A program made the translations under genes and the position numbers. Positions 1-12,029 of a stretch of 64,000 nucleotides of DNA are shown here, in pieces. Numbering within the stretch: the first letter of the stretch is position 1; each line of letters starts with the position of its first letter. The stretch is from Octopus bimaculoides (lineage: Eukaryota), in contig NC_068993.1 of assembly GCF_001194135.2 (NCBI RefSeq), positions 23,753,006 through 23,817,005 of the forward strand. The letters are read 5' to 3'. The notes below the pieces were generated by a model. That model worked only from the letters and a program-made list of their open reading frames with translations. It was not told the DNA's origin and did no database searches.

Positions 1-30
1 AAGCACGTTATAAAAATAAAACTACTGAAC

Positions 31-170
<140 letters not shown>

Positions 171-586
171 CTTTGTATATAAGATAGTATTAAAGTTATG
201 ATGCAGAAATAATCATGTCTAAACTTATTGGTAGTGAAAAAAAAAAATTAGATTAGAAAAAAAAAATTATTTACGCATCCAATTAACTGATTTTGACAGT
301 TATGTTTCTAAAGCGGAAGTGAATGAAAGTAAATATCGTTTCGTCTGTGTAAGCAACAAACAACAGATATTTAAGCATTGAACCAGACAAAATAAACATG
401 ACAGATTTATTTGTAGCTCAATTCAAACCTACGTTGTGTATATGTATTGTCCAGTCGTAACGAACTTGATTACGATCCGAAATCGTGATTAGGTAAGACA
501 GCGTTTTATACTAAACTAGGTGAGACACAACTATTACACCAGACACTTTTTTGCAAGGCAAACAAGTGAATACTCACACAGATACT

Positions 587-645
<59 letters not shown>
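587..645. repeat. Compound (CA)n(TA)n microsatellite
   Basis: Direct reading. Confidence 0.95.
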
Positions 646-648
<3 letters not shown>

Positions 649-1172
649 TGTTTGTGAATGGGGTCTTTCATAATAAACCTATGATGCTTTTGTCCTTTGA
701 TAAAGATTGATAATCGATTTCCTAGTTTTATTTTACTAGTTTAGTACTTGTTCTGTAATGCTTCCCATTGAATTTCTACTGCACAGAAAAATAGGTGTGA
801 CACAGTATTTACTACGAAATTTGCTCAAGATGAGCAACAATTTTGCATCCTCCTAGAGTAAGCACAAATTATGTCAAAATATTCTTATTGCAATTTGGTT
901 CTTTCTCGACTAATCTAAGCGCATGATGGTAGACAGCTGACCATGTTTCTTAGTTACGTTTTTTTAATGTAACAAAGAAATGAAGTTAAATGTGTACGGA
1001 AACCTCTAATGGACATTGAAAGAAAAAGTATGTCAAAACATTGTATCATGCATTTTGAAACGAAGAGCGTTGCGGCTGAAGGGCTTTCTTACCTACGAAA
1101 ATGATTAATGTCTAATTTCGTGTATTTGTAAGTTAATAAGTTTCAGGAACATAATTGGAACTGGAATGAACA

Positions 1173-2700
1173 TCAACGATAACGTTCTTTGTGGTTTTGT
1201 ACATTGAAGATGGATAAGCGTGCTATGTTATGCTTGTAGTACACATGTAACTCGTTCAGTTGGTCATAATTCACGTCCTTTTGATGTACTCTGAGATATT
1301 TATGCCTTTCAGGAATACTGACCCAAATATAGTAGCAATATTCAAGTGGTTGTTTAGGCATAGTAATTCTTTGCCGCTGCTCTTGAAGTGGAGTATTTCA
1401 GTGCAGTTGTATTTGGTTTATAATGCAAAGTTTTAGGAACATCGGATATAAAGCTTTGGAGGATACACTCCTTCTGTCTTTGCTCGAAGTTCTATACTAA
1501 ATGAGATCTACATTTTCATTCCGTATTTTGAGGTCAATAAATGCAGTATTAATATGGGTTTGTTTATTCTTTCTATTCTCTCTCTCTCTCTCTGGTTTGC
1601 ACCTATATTTCAACTCTCCGCAGTTATCAGAGATATTTGGTAGAGATTCTCTTAGGTTAATTTTGCCGTTACCGATACTGTTTATTTAAAAGGAAACGAT
1701 TGATATGTTTTTCGTTGACAGATGTTTACAATTTATCCCTTTACCGAGTTTGAATAAGATTTCAGTGATGTCTTGTGGTTGCATGTGGATGATGCTATTA
1801 TGCAAAAGATTATGGATTAATGTAATTATTATCGAAGGTATAGTCATTTTACTAGTGGAGAAAATAAAGGTGCTAATATACACAAAGATTATGTCGAGTT
1901 TTATTGAACTTCGTGGCATACCAGAAAGAAAGAACGAATGGAAAAGATTACTACGAGAGAAATATTAATAAACCTTCTGATAATGCTACTTGATACGGAA
2001 GTAGTCATGAAATGAGTAATGGAAGAAGACCATAGAATGATCTTGCGCTAAACATTTTCCCGACTATCAATGTCAACATGTTTACTGAAACCAAATACAA
2101 AGATATTAGTTTGCAATATAATTTCTCAATGTCAACGGATCATCTCTGAACGGGCAAAATCCCTGTATATCTAGCACTACTGAAGAAGAAAAGAAGTTAA
2201 AAAAAAAACGTGTATTTAAAGGCAACTTTCGAAGAAAATTTACATATTGAGAATTGGGTTGATATATCAGTCTAGAGGGAGAATATAGTGTTTGACGAAG
2301 ATAGCTGTTAAATATTTTGTGTAGTGTTTCGGGGTAATGGACGGACACATTAGATATTTTTTTAGAATTGTTAGGTTAAAGGTAAAAATACGTCTCTACA
2401 AATGTTGTGCACATTGTGGTGGTATTGCAATAGGTATATAAGAAGTGTATGGGATGAGTTCTGATATTTATGTGCTATACTGCATTTGATGCCATGTGGG
2501 ACATAATGTGCAAAGTTTTTCTGATTGGATAATATAATGGTGACAGAATGGTTGAAGAATTGTTGGTAAGAAATTTAGTGGTGGGGGTACATTGTGATGT
2601 TCCAAATTGGCTGTTGACCTTGAGTATGAGTTCATGAGATTCTGATTTGAGTGTGAAGTCAGTGGATATAATTACGAAAATAATGTTAGTGTTATTATCA
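1173..2700 (-). mobile_element. Highly decayed CR1-group (CR1/L2/Crack-like) LINE ORF2 reverse transcriptase relic
   Basis: Track ORFs 2106-2348, 1686-1919 and 1173-1361 share one minus-strand frame. By manual translation 2700-2106 has 2 internal stops and 1919-1173 has 3. Motif-like strings: SGMPRSSIKLDIIFVYIST (cf. SGVPQGSVLGPxLFLIYI) and PLEYCYYIW...IARLSIFNVQNHKERYR (cf. LEYC..W...L.L.SL.RRRERY, the CR1-group RT C-terminus). Confidence 0.55.
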
Positions 2701-3989
2701 ACAGGAAAGTTAGTGTACTTTCATATTTGTAACTCGCAACTAGAGGAGCTCTAAAATTCAGAAAGCATAGATTTTGACCGGTAATGCGGAAATATTCTGA
2801 CTAGACATGAATAGACACTGCCTGGATGATTTGAAATGTGCTAATTCTCCATGAGATTGAAAATGGAGATAAGAAAGAGATGAAGCATGTAGTTATGCAG
2901 TGACACTTATAATTCTTGAATAGAATTTATAGGTATAAGCCTTTCTGCTTCTACGCCTGACTTGTTGGTATAAGGAAAAACTGAAGAGGTGTTTTGAAAA
3001 CTTTCATCTTCAAGGAATTTGACTTCAAAATTAGATGAAGTGACATAGATGTCTTGCAGTACAGAGAGAATTGATAAAAACTGTTGATGTTCGGAGATGT
3101 CTTGAGAATGCTAAATATCAAATAAATTTCGACAAATACAGAACGGGGAATAACTGAATGTCTCTATTGCCGATATGTATGGAAAAGGAGTGAGGAAACT
3201 GCATTAAAAAACAGGCGGAAACAGAATTACATTATCACCAAAATGTTACTCAAGAAAATTTTTTCGAAGTTTTATAATCTTATTCCTAGGTTATTCTTAG
3301 CCTTAGTTGTACGTAGACTGAACTATAAGAAATAAAGTTATTTATATTGAAATCTTAAACTGAAATATTTCATTTAAATGAATTGTATAGTGTTCTGCAT
3401 TAACTATTAGGAATAACCTAAATGTCCATTGTAGGCTTCCACTTCCCTATCTGTAAATTTAATCTCTAAATTGCAAATCCATTGCCAAGTACTTCGGTAT
3501 GTCTACTATTTGAGTAAGCCTACAAATTCAATTCCAAAATAAATTAAATTTCTTGAAGAAAATAATTGAAAAAACTCAAATAATTTCTTGTTTAAAGCTT
3601 GAATGTACCTGCATAAATCTATTGCAAATTGTAATAAGTAAATATATTGTATAAAATCTGATTTAATTTACTTTCCATTTCCCTGTGCCTTATCTGTTTT
3701 GATACCAAACCGATTCTCGTATGCAACTTGTGTATTGTTGAAGAAATTTCTATGAATTAGAAATCAAGCCCAGAAGACCCAATCATGCAAAACTATCTCC
3801 ATGTTATGTCTATCCTTCACATACACGTGCGCGCGCACAGTAGGCTGAGTCCAAAGTGTTTTCGGAGTTTTGGCAACTTGAATCTCCATATCATATTATC
3901 GATTCGATACAACTTTTCCAATCGTAGCTGCATTTTTTATTCTTTATTTTCCTATGCAATATGTAAAAGATAATTGTTATTCTTTAGTT

Positions 3990-4880
3990 TGCAGCTTCGA
4001 TAAAAATGTGTGAAAACATTGCAATTAGTGACATTTTACAAAACCTGTGGCAAAAAAGTGTCAAAGTCCAAGGGCAATAGCGAAAGTGACTGCCAAGGAA
4101 CGTGTGACACAAAACTTGTTCAGACTTTTCAAGGAAAGTAACACCATTTTCGAGGAAAAACAAAGGCCACGGAGAAAGTTCTTAACGGAAGATGAGTTCT
4201 TGCTTGAAATTATTGCAGATTAGCCAAGCACAAGATCTTGTACTTTGTCAGCAAAACTTGGTCCCTTTCAAAGTACCATTAATAAACTCTTCCATAAGCA
4301 GGGCATTTTAAACAGATGCTGTCGAGAAGTTCCTCGTGAATTGAACAATGACCATGCTCAACCGTGTGTGAACATTTGCGAATTCCGCGACGAATCGTTA
4401 CTTGAGATGAAGAATGAATCTTTTTTCTACACCCAGTGAAAGAAATCTGTAGCTTAATTTTAACCCAGGCTTCAAAACCTGTTGGCAAACAAGGACAGTG
4501 TGAACAAAAGGTCATGTGTGTTTGGTAGAAATAAGCCAATAACATTTATGCTGAACTGCAGTAAGTATATGTTGCTTTGATAGCTTCCAACCCGGTAGAA
4601 TTCAAATTGAAGACACACACTCTTAGAAGATGACTATGCCCCATCACACATTAACAATGTGACCAAAATGCAAACTTAAAGGACATGTCGAGGCAGGAAG
4701 TACTGCCTCACACTCACTACAGTCCAAACCAGAATTTGCATCATCATACTACCACCTTTATTAAGCCAAAACTCATTTGTTACACGGAGAGATGTCCAAA
4801 ACTGCGGAACCGACGATACAGCAGTATATATCAAGTGCAGAGTGTACTGCATAACCAGCCGCAGGAAGCATCCTTCTGAG
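3990..4880 (+). mobile_element. Degenerate mariner (DD34D) transposase relic
   Basis: Fragments SAKLGPFQSTINKLFHKQG...EVPREL (HTH/WVPHEL), RIVT*DEE*IFFY (RIVTGDEKW), KVMCVW*, DDYAPSH (HDNARPH) and EVLPHTHYSP (HPPYSPDL). Many stops and frameshifts. Confidence 0.8.
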
Positions 4881-4934
4881 GTAAAAATAGCAATATTATC
4901 AGTTTCTAGGTGGTGGCATTAAGCACTTCTTATC

Positions 4935-6524
4935 TCCCTCGCACTCTATCAGCGAATTGGACGCACCCCTATTTTACAAGGATATTTTGCGGAGAAAAAC
5001 AAGTTTGATATGTTGTATCCTACATTTATTGAAAGATAATTTTAAGTGATCTTGTAGGGAAAACTGTATGATTCTATGTATGAAATACAATATTGTGACA
5101 GTATCCCGAAATGAACTTTGAAATCATATGTAGCTTTACAGTCACCTTTAAATGAAACAAAATTAAATTTTCTGTAGCAAAAGAAAAATATCCAATAGTA
5201 TCAATGGATCCTGGTATATGCAAACAAAAGGCAAATATACTGATAAAAACTGGTGCAAACCAATCAGTAAATTACAATAAATGTGATGAATTCCAATAGA
5301 TAATTACAGTTGCTCATTCTCATTGTTGCCATCCATATTACCAGTACTCTGTTCATCCCTGGAGTTCTCTGCAATAGGATCATGATCATCAATATTTTCT
5401 TCAAATAATAAATCGTTCTCAGTACCATCAAGAGCAATACTAATGTCATTTTTTTTAATGATTGCACAACTACTTCTTTTATAGCATTCCAAGAACTTTT
5501 TATCCACTCATTCACTTGTGTAATACTAGCCCTTTTCCTTTTTCCTGTTGGTGTCACTTTAAAATCGAAAGACTGCATCCACTTGCTCCACTCCTCCCGT
5601 AAGAATCCTCTAAATGGTTTATCGACTGAAACATCGAAAGGTTGCAACTGGCTGATTCGGCCTTCTGGAAATACAGCCAACTGGGTCTTCAGTTCTCCAA
5701 CAAGCTCGGTTCTATAATCCCGAAATGAGTCCCGAATTAATAAGGCAGGTTTCTTTAATAGCCCACCAGGACGACTGGACCACAGTTTACCAAGCTACAA
5801 TTTCATTCGTCTCTTATCCATCCAACCAACCTTTTCTATGGACATGAACATAAATGTCATTAGGTATCTTTTCTTTTGGTAAAGTCTTACTTTAAAAAGT
5901 AAAACAGGTGGATGTTTTGTGCCATCAGTGCATCATGCTATTACAACTATATAGTGTATCATTTCACGGCCACATGTTTTAACAGTCACAGATTTACCAT
6001 CATTGGATCCTATTATCTTGTTTGATGGCACATCAAATGTCAAAGAGACTTCGTCCATATTAGCTGTCTGTGAATGTTCGAAATTAGCATCTTCTCTTGA
6101 TTTAATGAAATTCCTGTAAAACTTTAGTATTTGGTATTCGTATTTAGGGACATTATTTGTGCTATTCTTTTCTTTGCCCTCATACATAGGTCATTTCTCC
6201 TCATAAATCTGGAGCACCATGATGTTGATCGTTTAAAATCATTCATATCCATGTCAATTGCTATAAGTATTGAATGGTATATAATCATTTTAGTGGATAC
6301 TGCGAAGCCTGATTTTCATTGGTCTATTCCCACGGAGGTAGTGTTTGCTACGTTTAGCAGCTTTCTGCTGCTTGCTGCTCTTCTTGTTTCCTCCAAGTCC
6401 TTACCCTTTCCTCGGTTGGTGGTGGACTAAAATACTGAGCAGCTGCTCTATTACTGTGTTCTTTTGCATATAGTACGACATCAAGTTTAGATTTGATGTT
6501 ATAACCGTTTATTTTATCAGCCAT
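4935..6524 (-). mobile_element. Degenerate pogo-superfamily transposon, POGK-like (Brinker-type DBD, CENP-B HTH, DDE_1)
   Basis: ATG at 6524 gives MADKINGYNIKSKLDVVLYAKEHSNRAAAQYFSPP (Brinker DBD-like). ORF 5933-6187 has ANMDEVSLTFDVPSN; ORF 5264-5680 has PEGRISQLQPFDVSVDKPFR...TPTGKRKRAS. A terminal-like sequence CTCTAT...GACGCACCCCTATTTT lies near 4945-4980. The ORF is disrupted. Confidence 0.85.
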
Positions 6525-6579
6525 GGGTTTGGACTCTATACAAAATTTACTGTAAATGAACTTACGGGTACATTATTGG

Positions 6580-7100
6580 AAACCGTACCCCAACTCTTGC
6601 ATCCTCTCAGATCACCTGTTGTTTACATTCTGGGGAGGAGAATTGCTATACAAGAGGAGAAACTGGTATTTCTGGATGTTATGTTTTGTACAACCGTGAC
6701 AGGCCACGATGTGGAAAATAAGGGAAAAAAGCTACAAGAAACAAACGAAAATAAATGACCAACAAAGTAATACAACAGGAATGAGACCCTGTAATAAAAG
6801 CGAAGCCTCCGACACATCATCTCGTCTGGCTATTGCAAATGACTGCCAGGAGGATGACAGTTTATTAACATTATTTTCAAATTTCTACGATCATTTTTCA
6901 TTTGGATGATGATCAAATATTTCTTAAAGGTAACCCAGTCGTTAAGTAGCGTAAAACAAATATAAAGTTTGGGTTATGTATGCTGGAGTAGGACGTGAGT
7001 GAGATGATGTCACCTTCCCTCATAACTGCCAACTTATCGTAAGCAATTGTTTGTAAGTTGGTGATAATAAACTGTGATAATTCGGCTTCTTTTCAATATT
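6580..7100 (+). mobile_element. Possible piggyBac transposase relic
   Basis: Weak motif strings: IANDCQEDDSLLTLFSNFYDHFS, then LDDDQIFLKGNPVVK* and YKVWVMYAG (cf. IDE.MIPFKGR..LKQY....KWGYKVWV), then CDNS. Heavily decayed. Confidence 0.4.
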
Positions 7101-7283
7101 TTATTATTAGTAACACAACTTACTGTAAAGATTTGGCTTCTTTTCCTTATTCTATTATTCGCAACAATCTTTGTGCCTAGGGAACTTACCCAATATGCTC
7201 GTACGGCTACCTAGCCTACAGTACTTCGTCTTCCGTCCTTATTTAGACGCAGAGCAATACGAAAAGCGCACCCAATCACCTGG

Positions 7284-7290
7284 TAAAGAC

Positions 7291-7332
<42 letters not shown>

Positions 7333-7432
7333 GCGGGTATATAGATATATATGTATGTATGTATGTGTGTGTGTATATACATATATACATACATGCATAT
7401 ATATATGCATGTATATGTGTGCATCTGTGTGT
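7284..7432. repeat. (TA)n plus degenerate TATG/TG microsatellite (internal tract of the adjacent SINE)
   Basis: Direct reading. Confidence 0.85.
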
Positions 7433-7434
7433 GT

Positions 7435-7592
7435 GTTTACGTCCCCGTAACTTCGCAGGTGGGGAAAAGATAACAATAGAATAAGTACCAGAATTTTTTT
7501 AAAAAGTACTTGTATCAATTCATTCGATTTAAAATTATTTAAGGTGGTGCCCCAGCTTGGCCGCAGTCGAATGACTGGAACAAGTAAATGAT
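7435..7592 (+). mobile_element. SINE family B, 3' half
   Basis: GTTTACGTCCCCGTAACTT...ATAGAATAAGTACC...GGTGCCCCAGCTTGGCCGCAGTCGAATGACTGGAACAAGTAAA matches the copies at 31037-31198 (reverse complement) and 56112-56518. Confidence 0.75.
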
Positions 7593-7599
7593 TAACGGA

Positions 7600-7915
7600 T
7601 ATAACTGGCATTCCGTCGATTCCGACGACTTGGGATCCATTTGATCCGATTGACAGAACAGTTTCCCTATGAGTTTAATGTGCAAGTGGCTGAGCATTCC
7701 ATAGATATGCATATATATAGCATAATTTTCAGGGAGATTCAGCGTGACAAAGAATGCGTCAACGCTGGCCCTTTGAAACGCGGGTGCTGTTCCTTTGTAC
7801 CAGCTGCTTGGACTGGAGCAGCCTAAATACAAATCGTCCTGCTCAAGGCCACATCACGCCTCTGGGAATCGAACGCGCGGTCTTACGATCATAAGCCAAA
7901 CATTGCAACCACTAA
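7600..7915 (-). mobile_element. SINE family C (tRNA-like head, V-SINE-like core)
   Basis: Reverse complement begins CTTAGTGGTTGCAATG...GCGTTCGATTCCC (A/B-box-like), followed by GTGGCCTTGAGCAGGAC...GCTCCAGTCCAAGCAGCTG. Related copies lie at 44.9 and 45.2 kb. Confidence 0.6.
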
Positions 7916-7919
7916 GATG

Positions 7920-8640
7920 GGGAAATCGTCACCATTTTATATTTTAAATTTCGCGCATTGTTTGTTTTTGATTTTGTCGACTACATAGTATAGTAAGTTT
8001 AGTTAGGTTTAGTAAAACAGTATAATGACGCAATTTACTCTACCAGAAATTTGGAAACGATATGCTGTACTGTTTGACATTCGTACCGAAAGCTCCAATA
8101 GGAACCGTTTACAGTGTTTGGATGTCAATCGGAGGACAGTGCAATCTGAGGACATGTACTGAGATTGATAAAAATCAAACAACCGTCAACATCATGGTGT
8201 TTGGAGTGATCACTAGTGATGGCGACGTTATGCCTCCATTCATCTTTCTACGCAGCCTCAGACTCAACTCGGAGGCCTGCATCAATTGCCTGAGGAAGAT
8301 GGTGTTGCCATGGATCAAGAGGGTGGCTGCTGGAAGACATTCTCTCGGACAAAAGGACTCTGCACCTTGCAACACAAACAGAATACAGTCATGTACGACC
8401 ACATCACCCCTAACATCTGGACCCTTACTTCTCTGACTGCAACCCACTTTATTATTATGGGTGGGGTGCAGTTGAGCGAGAGACCAACAAGTTTCTGTAA
8501 AACTGACGGCAAGGATTATTGCAGCCGTCACTTAACTTAAACGAGAAGACCGTCCAGAAGAGGTGCAGGAGATTTTGAAGTCGTCTGGAGGCCGTGGGTG
8601 AAACCAATGGCGATTTTATTGAATAAATTTACTCTTTAGT
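7920..8640 (+). mobile_element. Tc1/mariner DD37D (maT-type) transposase relic, internally deleted
   Basis: VNIMVFGVITSDGDVMPPFIF...VLPWIKRVAAG...QKDSAPC, then frameshifted DHITPNIW...DCNPL.YY..G (cf. WPPNSPDLNPLDY), ending ...EAVGETNGDFIE*. Confidence 0.85.
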
Positions 8641-8829
8641 ATTTCAAGATATCTTTATGTAACTTTGGTAGATATATCTGTTAAAATGAGATGTCTGTGT
8701 CATTTTCATTTTTGCGTAAGGTTTGGTATGATTGTGGTGCTTCTGAATCTAATTTCAAATTTAAAGCAACCGGAAAATAAAAAAAATATATTAAAACAGT
8801 TTTTATAACATATTTATTTATAAACGTAG

Positions 8830-9220
8830 GTTTGGCTGTGTTGTAAGAAGTTTGCTTCCGAACGATATAGTTTTGTGTTTAGTCGCACTGTGTGGCTCGT
8901 GGGACAGGTGTCTTCGCTTGTAGTCCCAGGTTTTCCAATGTCTTTTGAGTTGAATTTGATAGATGGAGAATGCCAAATGCTTGAGGGATATATGTATATC
9001 GCTGTGTGTGTACGTGCGGCTCTGTGATTGTTCTCCAGCGCTGTTCGAAAACCGTTGTTGGTGGGTTTACGTCTCTGTAATTTAATGTCTAAGGAAAAGA
9101 GATTTATAGAATAAGTTCCAGGCTTTAAGAAAATAAGTTCTGTTGTCGACTCGTTTGACTTTTTTTTTTTCAAATTAATGTCCCAGCATGGTTGCAGTCC
9201 AATGACTGGAAGAAGTATAT
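8830..9220 (+). mobile_element. SINE family B, near complete and diverged
   Basis: tRNA-like head GGCTGTGTTGTAAGAAGTTTGCTTCC..., short internal TA/TG tract, GTTTACGTCTCTGTAA...ATAGAATAAGT, and 3' CCCAGCATGGTTGCAGTCCAATGACTGGAAGAAGTA. Confidence 0.7.
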
Positions 9221-11780
9221 AACGTGATATATAACAATTTAGAACGTAATGTGAAAGGTGTGGAAACCAATAAATGGCATAATTGTATGGTTCTATGCAG
9301 TGTTCTGTAATAAATAGTGATTCATATTCAAGTCAGATAGAAATACTTTAACTAAACATAAACTCTTTCCAGTGGAGTAAAGCATGTTTTGAGAGAGATC
9401 TTGAGCGACCATGTAGAGTTTATCTCTTTGAATCGGAGTCGAAATAGCCAAAATTAATTTGTATTATATATATCAGACTAGGTTTTAATGTGATCTAACA
9501 AAGAAAAATTTAAACTGCAAAAAATGAGAATGTTTAAATCTAATATACATTGTACACACACACACAAGTAATGCAAGGTAGTTTAAAAGGAAAAATTTTT
9601 AATTTAAGATATTCTGTAATCATATCATGATTACATTTCCCATCGCCAATGTAAAATTACTACTTAAATATCTCTTAGGTTTGCAACATCACGTATTAGT
9701 GGTATTAATTTCAGATCATCAAGTTGCAATTTATACAACATTAATTTTTAAGTAACAGCGTAATATCCGTTGGGCATTTTCTGTTATAGAAATAATGGAT
9801 AAAATGTGATGACACCGGCAGCAGGTGAATCTGGTAATAAAACACAAGTTTGAATGACATTTCAGGAAATGTTCTAAACTGTGTGTTTTAAAAGGAAAAA
9901 AAATACATTGCAGCATAATAACCTGCTTTGAATTATCTCCTTTGCAGTTTAGATCCTACTCTGTACTGCATTGTAAAGCTTTAGAATATTACCAGAATCT
10001 CTCGGTTTATGTTCTTTTCCTCGTGTATTGCTGCTTGAATCAGTTCTTAAGGAATTTCCTAAAGGTCATACGATTTACATTTATGAATTTTATCAGACAT
10101 TTCTGGAGGTGTTACAAAATCAATTACATAAAGTCATATAGCAACAATAGATTGTTCAATTGATTCGCAAGTGAAATCATATTAAATTTGTACTTGATGA
10201 TAATGAATAAGCTCTTGAAGTTTTAAACGAGCAAATTTTCGGTCAGGTGGCTTACTTCAGGGCAATCGAAGGCAGGAAAATTACGACATAATTCAATAAT
10301 GATAAATGCTTGGTCGATCTCAGTATGTACCCTAGCATGAAAGGGAATTAATACGTAAAGCTCCCTCTACGGAAAGCGACCGAGAGATGTCTTTAATTTT
10401 ATTCCATTTGGTAGAGTATATATATAAGTATGCTCTTTGGAACGTTGAAATACTTAAGAGTAATTAGATAGTTCATTCCCTGCTCAAAAATGTGACATAT
10501 ACTGTCTATAATCTAACATATATTACAACTAAATACCAATAATACACGTGTTGGATAAAATCTTGAATCTCTGTCAACCCCACTGTAAGTAATTAGAAAA
10601 TTTGACCAAGTAACTTAAGAACATGCAGCACAAAATAAAATATATTTTTTTGTATTTTTTGCGTATGCGTTGGGACATAAGTACACACAACGATGTGACT
10701 GTTGGTGTGCGATGATATAATTGAATATTTGGCTGAAATCGCAAAAAAGCGAAATTAAATAGTTTAGTAATACATGGTATATTGCAGGCGGTACTCAAAT
10801 ACTGAGAGGAGATATGAAATATTTTTTGTCTGCAGTGTCGTATATTTAAAACTTGCATAAGAGTAAACACAAGAGGATTTTCAGAATAGTCGCCAAGGAC
10901 ACTACTTTGAAACCAATAACATGATTACAGTTACTTCAGCGAAATATTGAATATTCAATTATCACTGTGACGTCAGTGAAATATTGAACCTGTGGTTATA
11001 GAGATTTATATTATCTGAAGTTAATAAAACGATGCAAAACTACTTGAAAAGAGAATCAATTACTGTTTGAAGATTTTTTAAAACTATTATTCTACAAATA
11101 TCATTACTATAAAATTGTGAGTGAAACTACCACAAAATATGGGGTAAGAAATTATATTTAACTTCTTTTAACTTCTCTTAAGCTCCTTTGCTTTACTCAC
11201 TCACAGTATTCATCATTCCTAATTTCTCCTACTAACAGCGTTACCCTATTGTCTTATAAGTGCCTTCAAGAATAGGTATTCTCAATCCGGATAATAGGCT
11301 CGACTTCTTCCGATTTTGAGGAATCCAATAAAAACACTCAAGTTGAAATGTTTGGTAATAAACTAGGTAGCTGAGGCCAGGAAGGAGCCAAATGTATATA
11401 TATATANNNNNNNNNNNNNNNNNNNNNNNNNNNNNNNNNNNNNNNNNNNNNNNNNNNNNNNNNNNNNNNNNNNNNNNNNNNNNNNNNNNNNNNNNNNNNN
11501 NNNNNNNNNNNNNNNNNNNNNNNNNNNNNNNNNNNNNNNNNNNNNNNNNNNNNNNNNNNNNNNNNNNNNNNNNNNNNNNNNNTATATATATCAGCAAAGT
11601 AGCAAGTTCTAAAATCTTTGTATTAGATGTAAGTAGTAGCTGTACTGTAAAGTAATGTTTGTTGCCACTTCAACATAACAGTTCCGTGCGGAACACCGTT
11701 CGTACTCTTTTTTAACCCAAGGAGAAGACCTCCTCCAGTTGGTATTCTCTCTGTCTCTGTCTATATGTGTGTCTCTTTCT

Positions 11781-11815
<35 letters not shown>

Positions 11816-12029
11816 CACACACGCACCCCCCCACACACACACATACACACATATATATATATATATATATAGGTGTGAGAAAGTTGGTATGTGAAAGCAC
11901 GTGGTTGAATGTCTAAAAGATAATATGAGTGAAAAAACTACAGAAGTCTTTTGTTACATGGTTAAAGTGTATATTTAAATTGTCAGAAAAATGTTATAAA
12001 ATTTTTTTGGTATATAAACATTGTATTTG

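Noticed and set aside
1008-1103. Short plus-strand frame MDIERKSMSKHCIMHFETKSVAAEGLSYLRK, faintly like RRM RNP1
   Set aside because: Only 31 codons with no supporting splice context.
1973-2025. Hammerhead-like string CTGATAA...CTACTT/AAGTAG...GAAATGAGTA
   Set aside because: The core is mutated, stems I and III pair poorly, and it lies antisense within the decayed LINE RT relic, so it is probably chance.
11255-11330. TTCAAGAATAGGTATTCTCAATCCGGATAATAGG, resembling PLE-LTR strings
   Set aside because: Too short and degenerate to assign; no ribozyme core.
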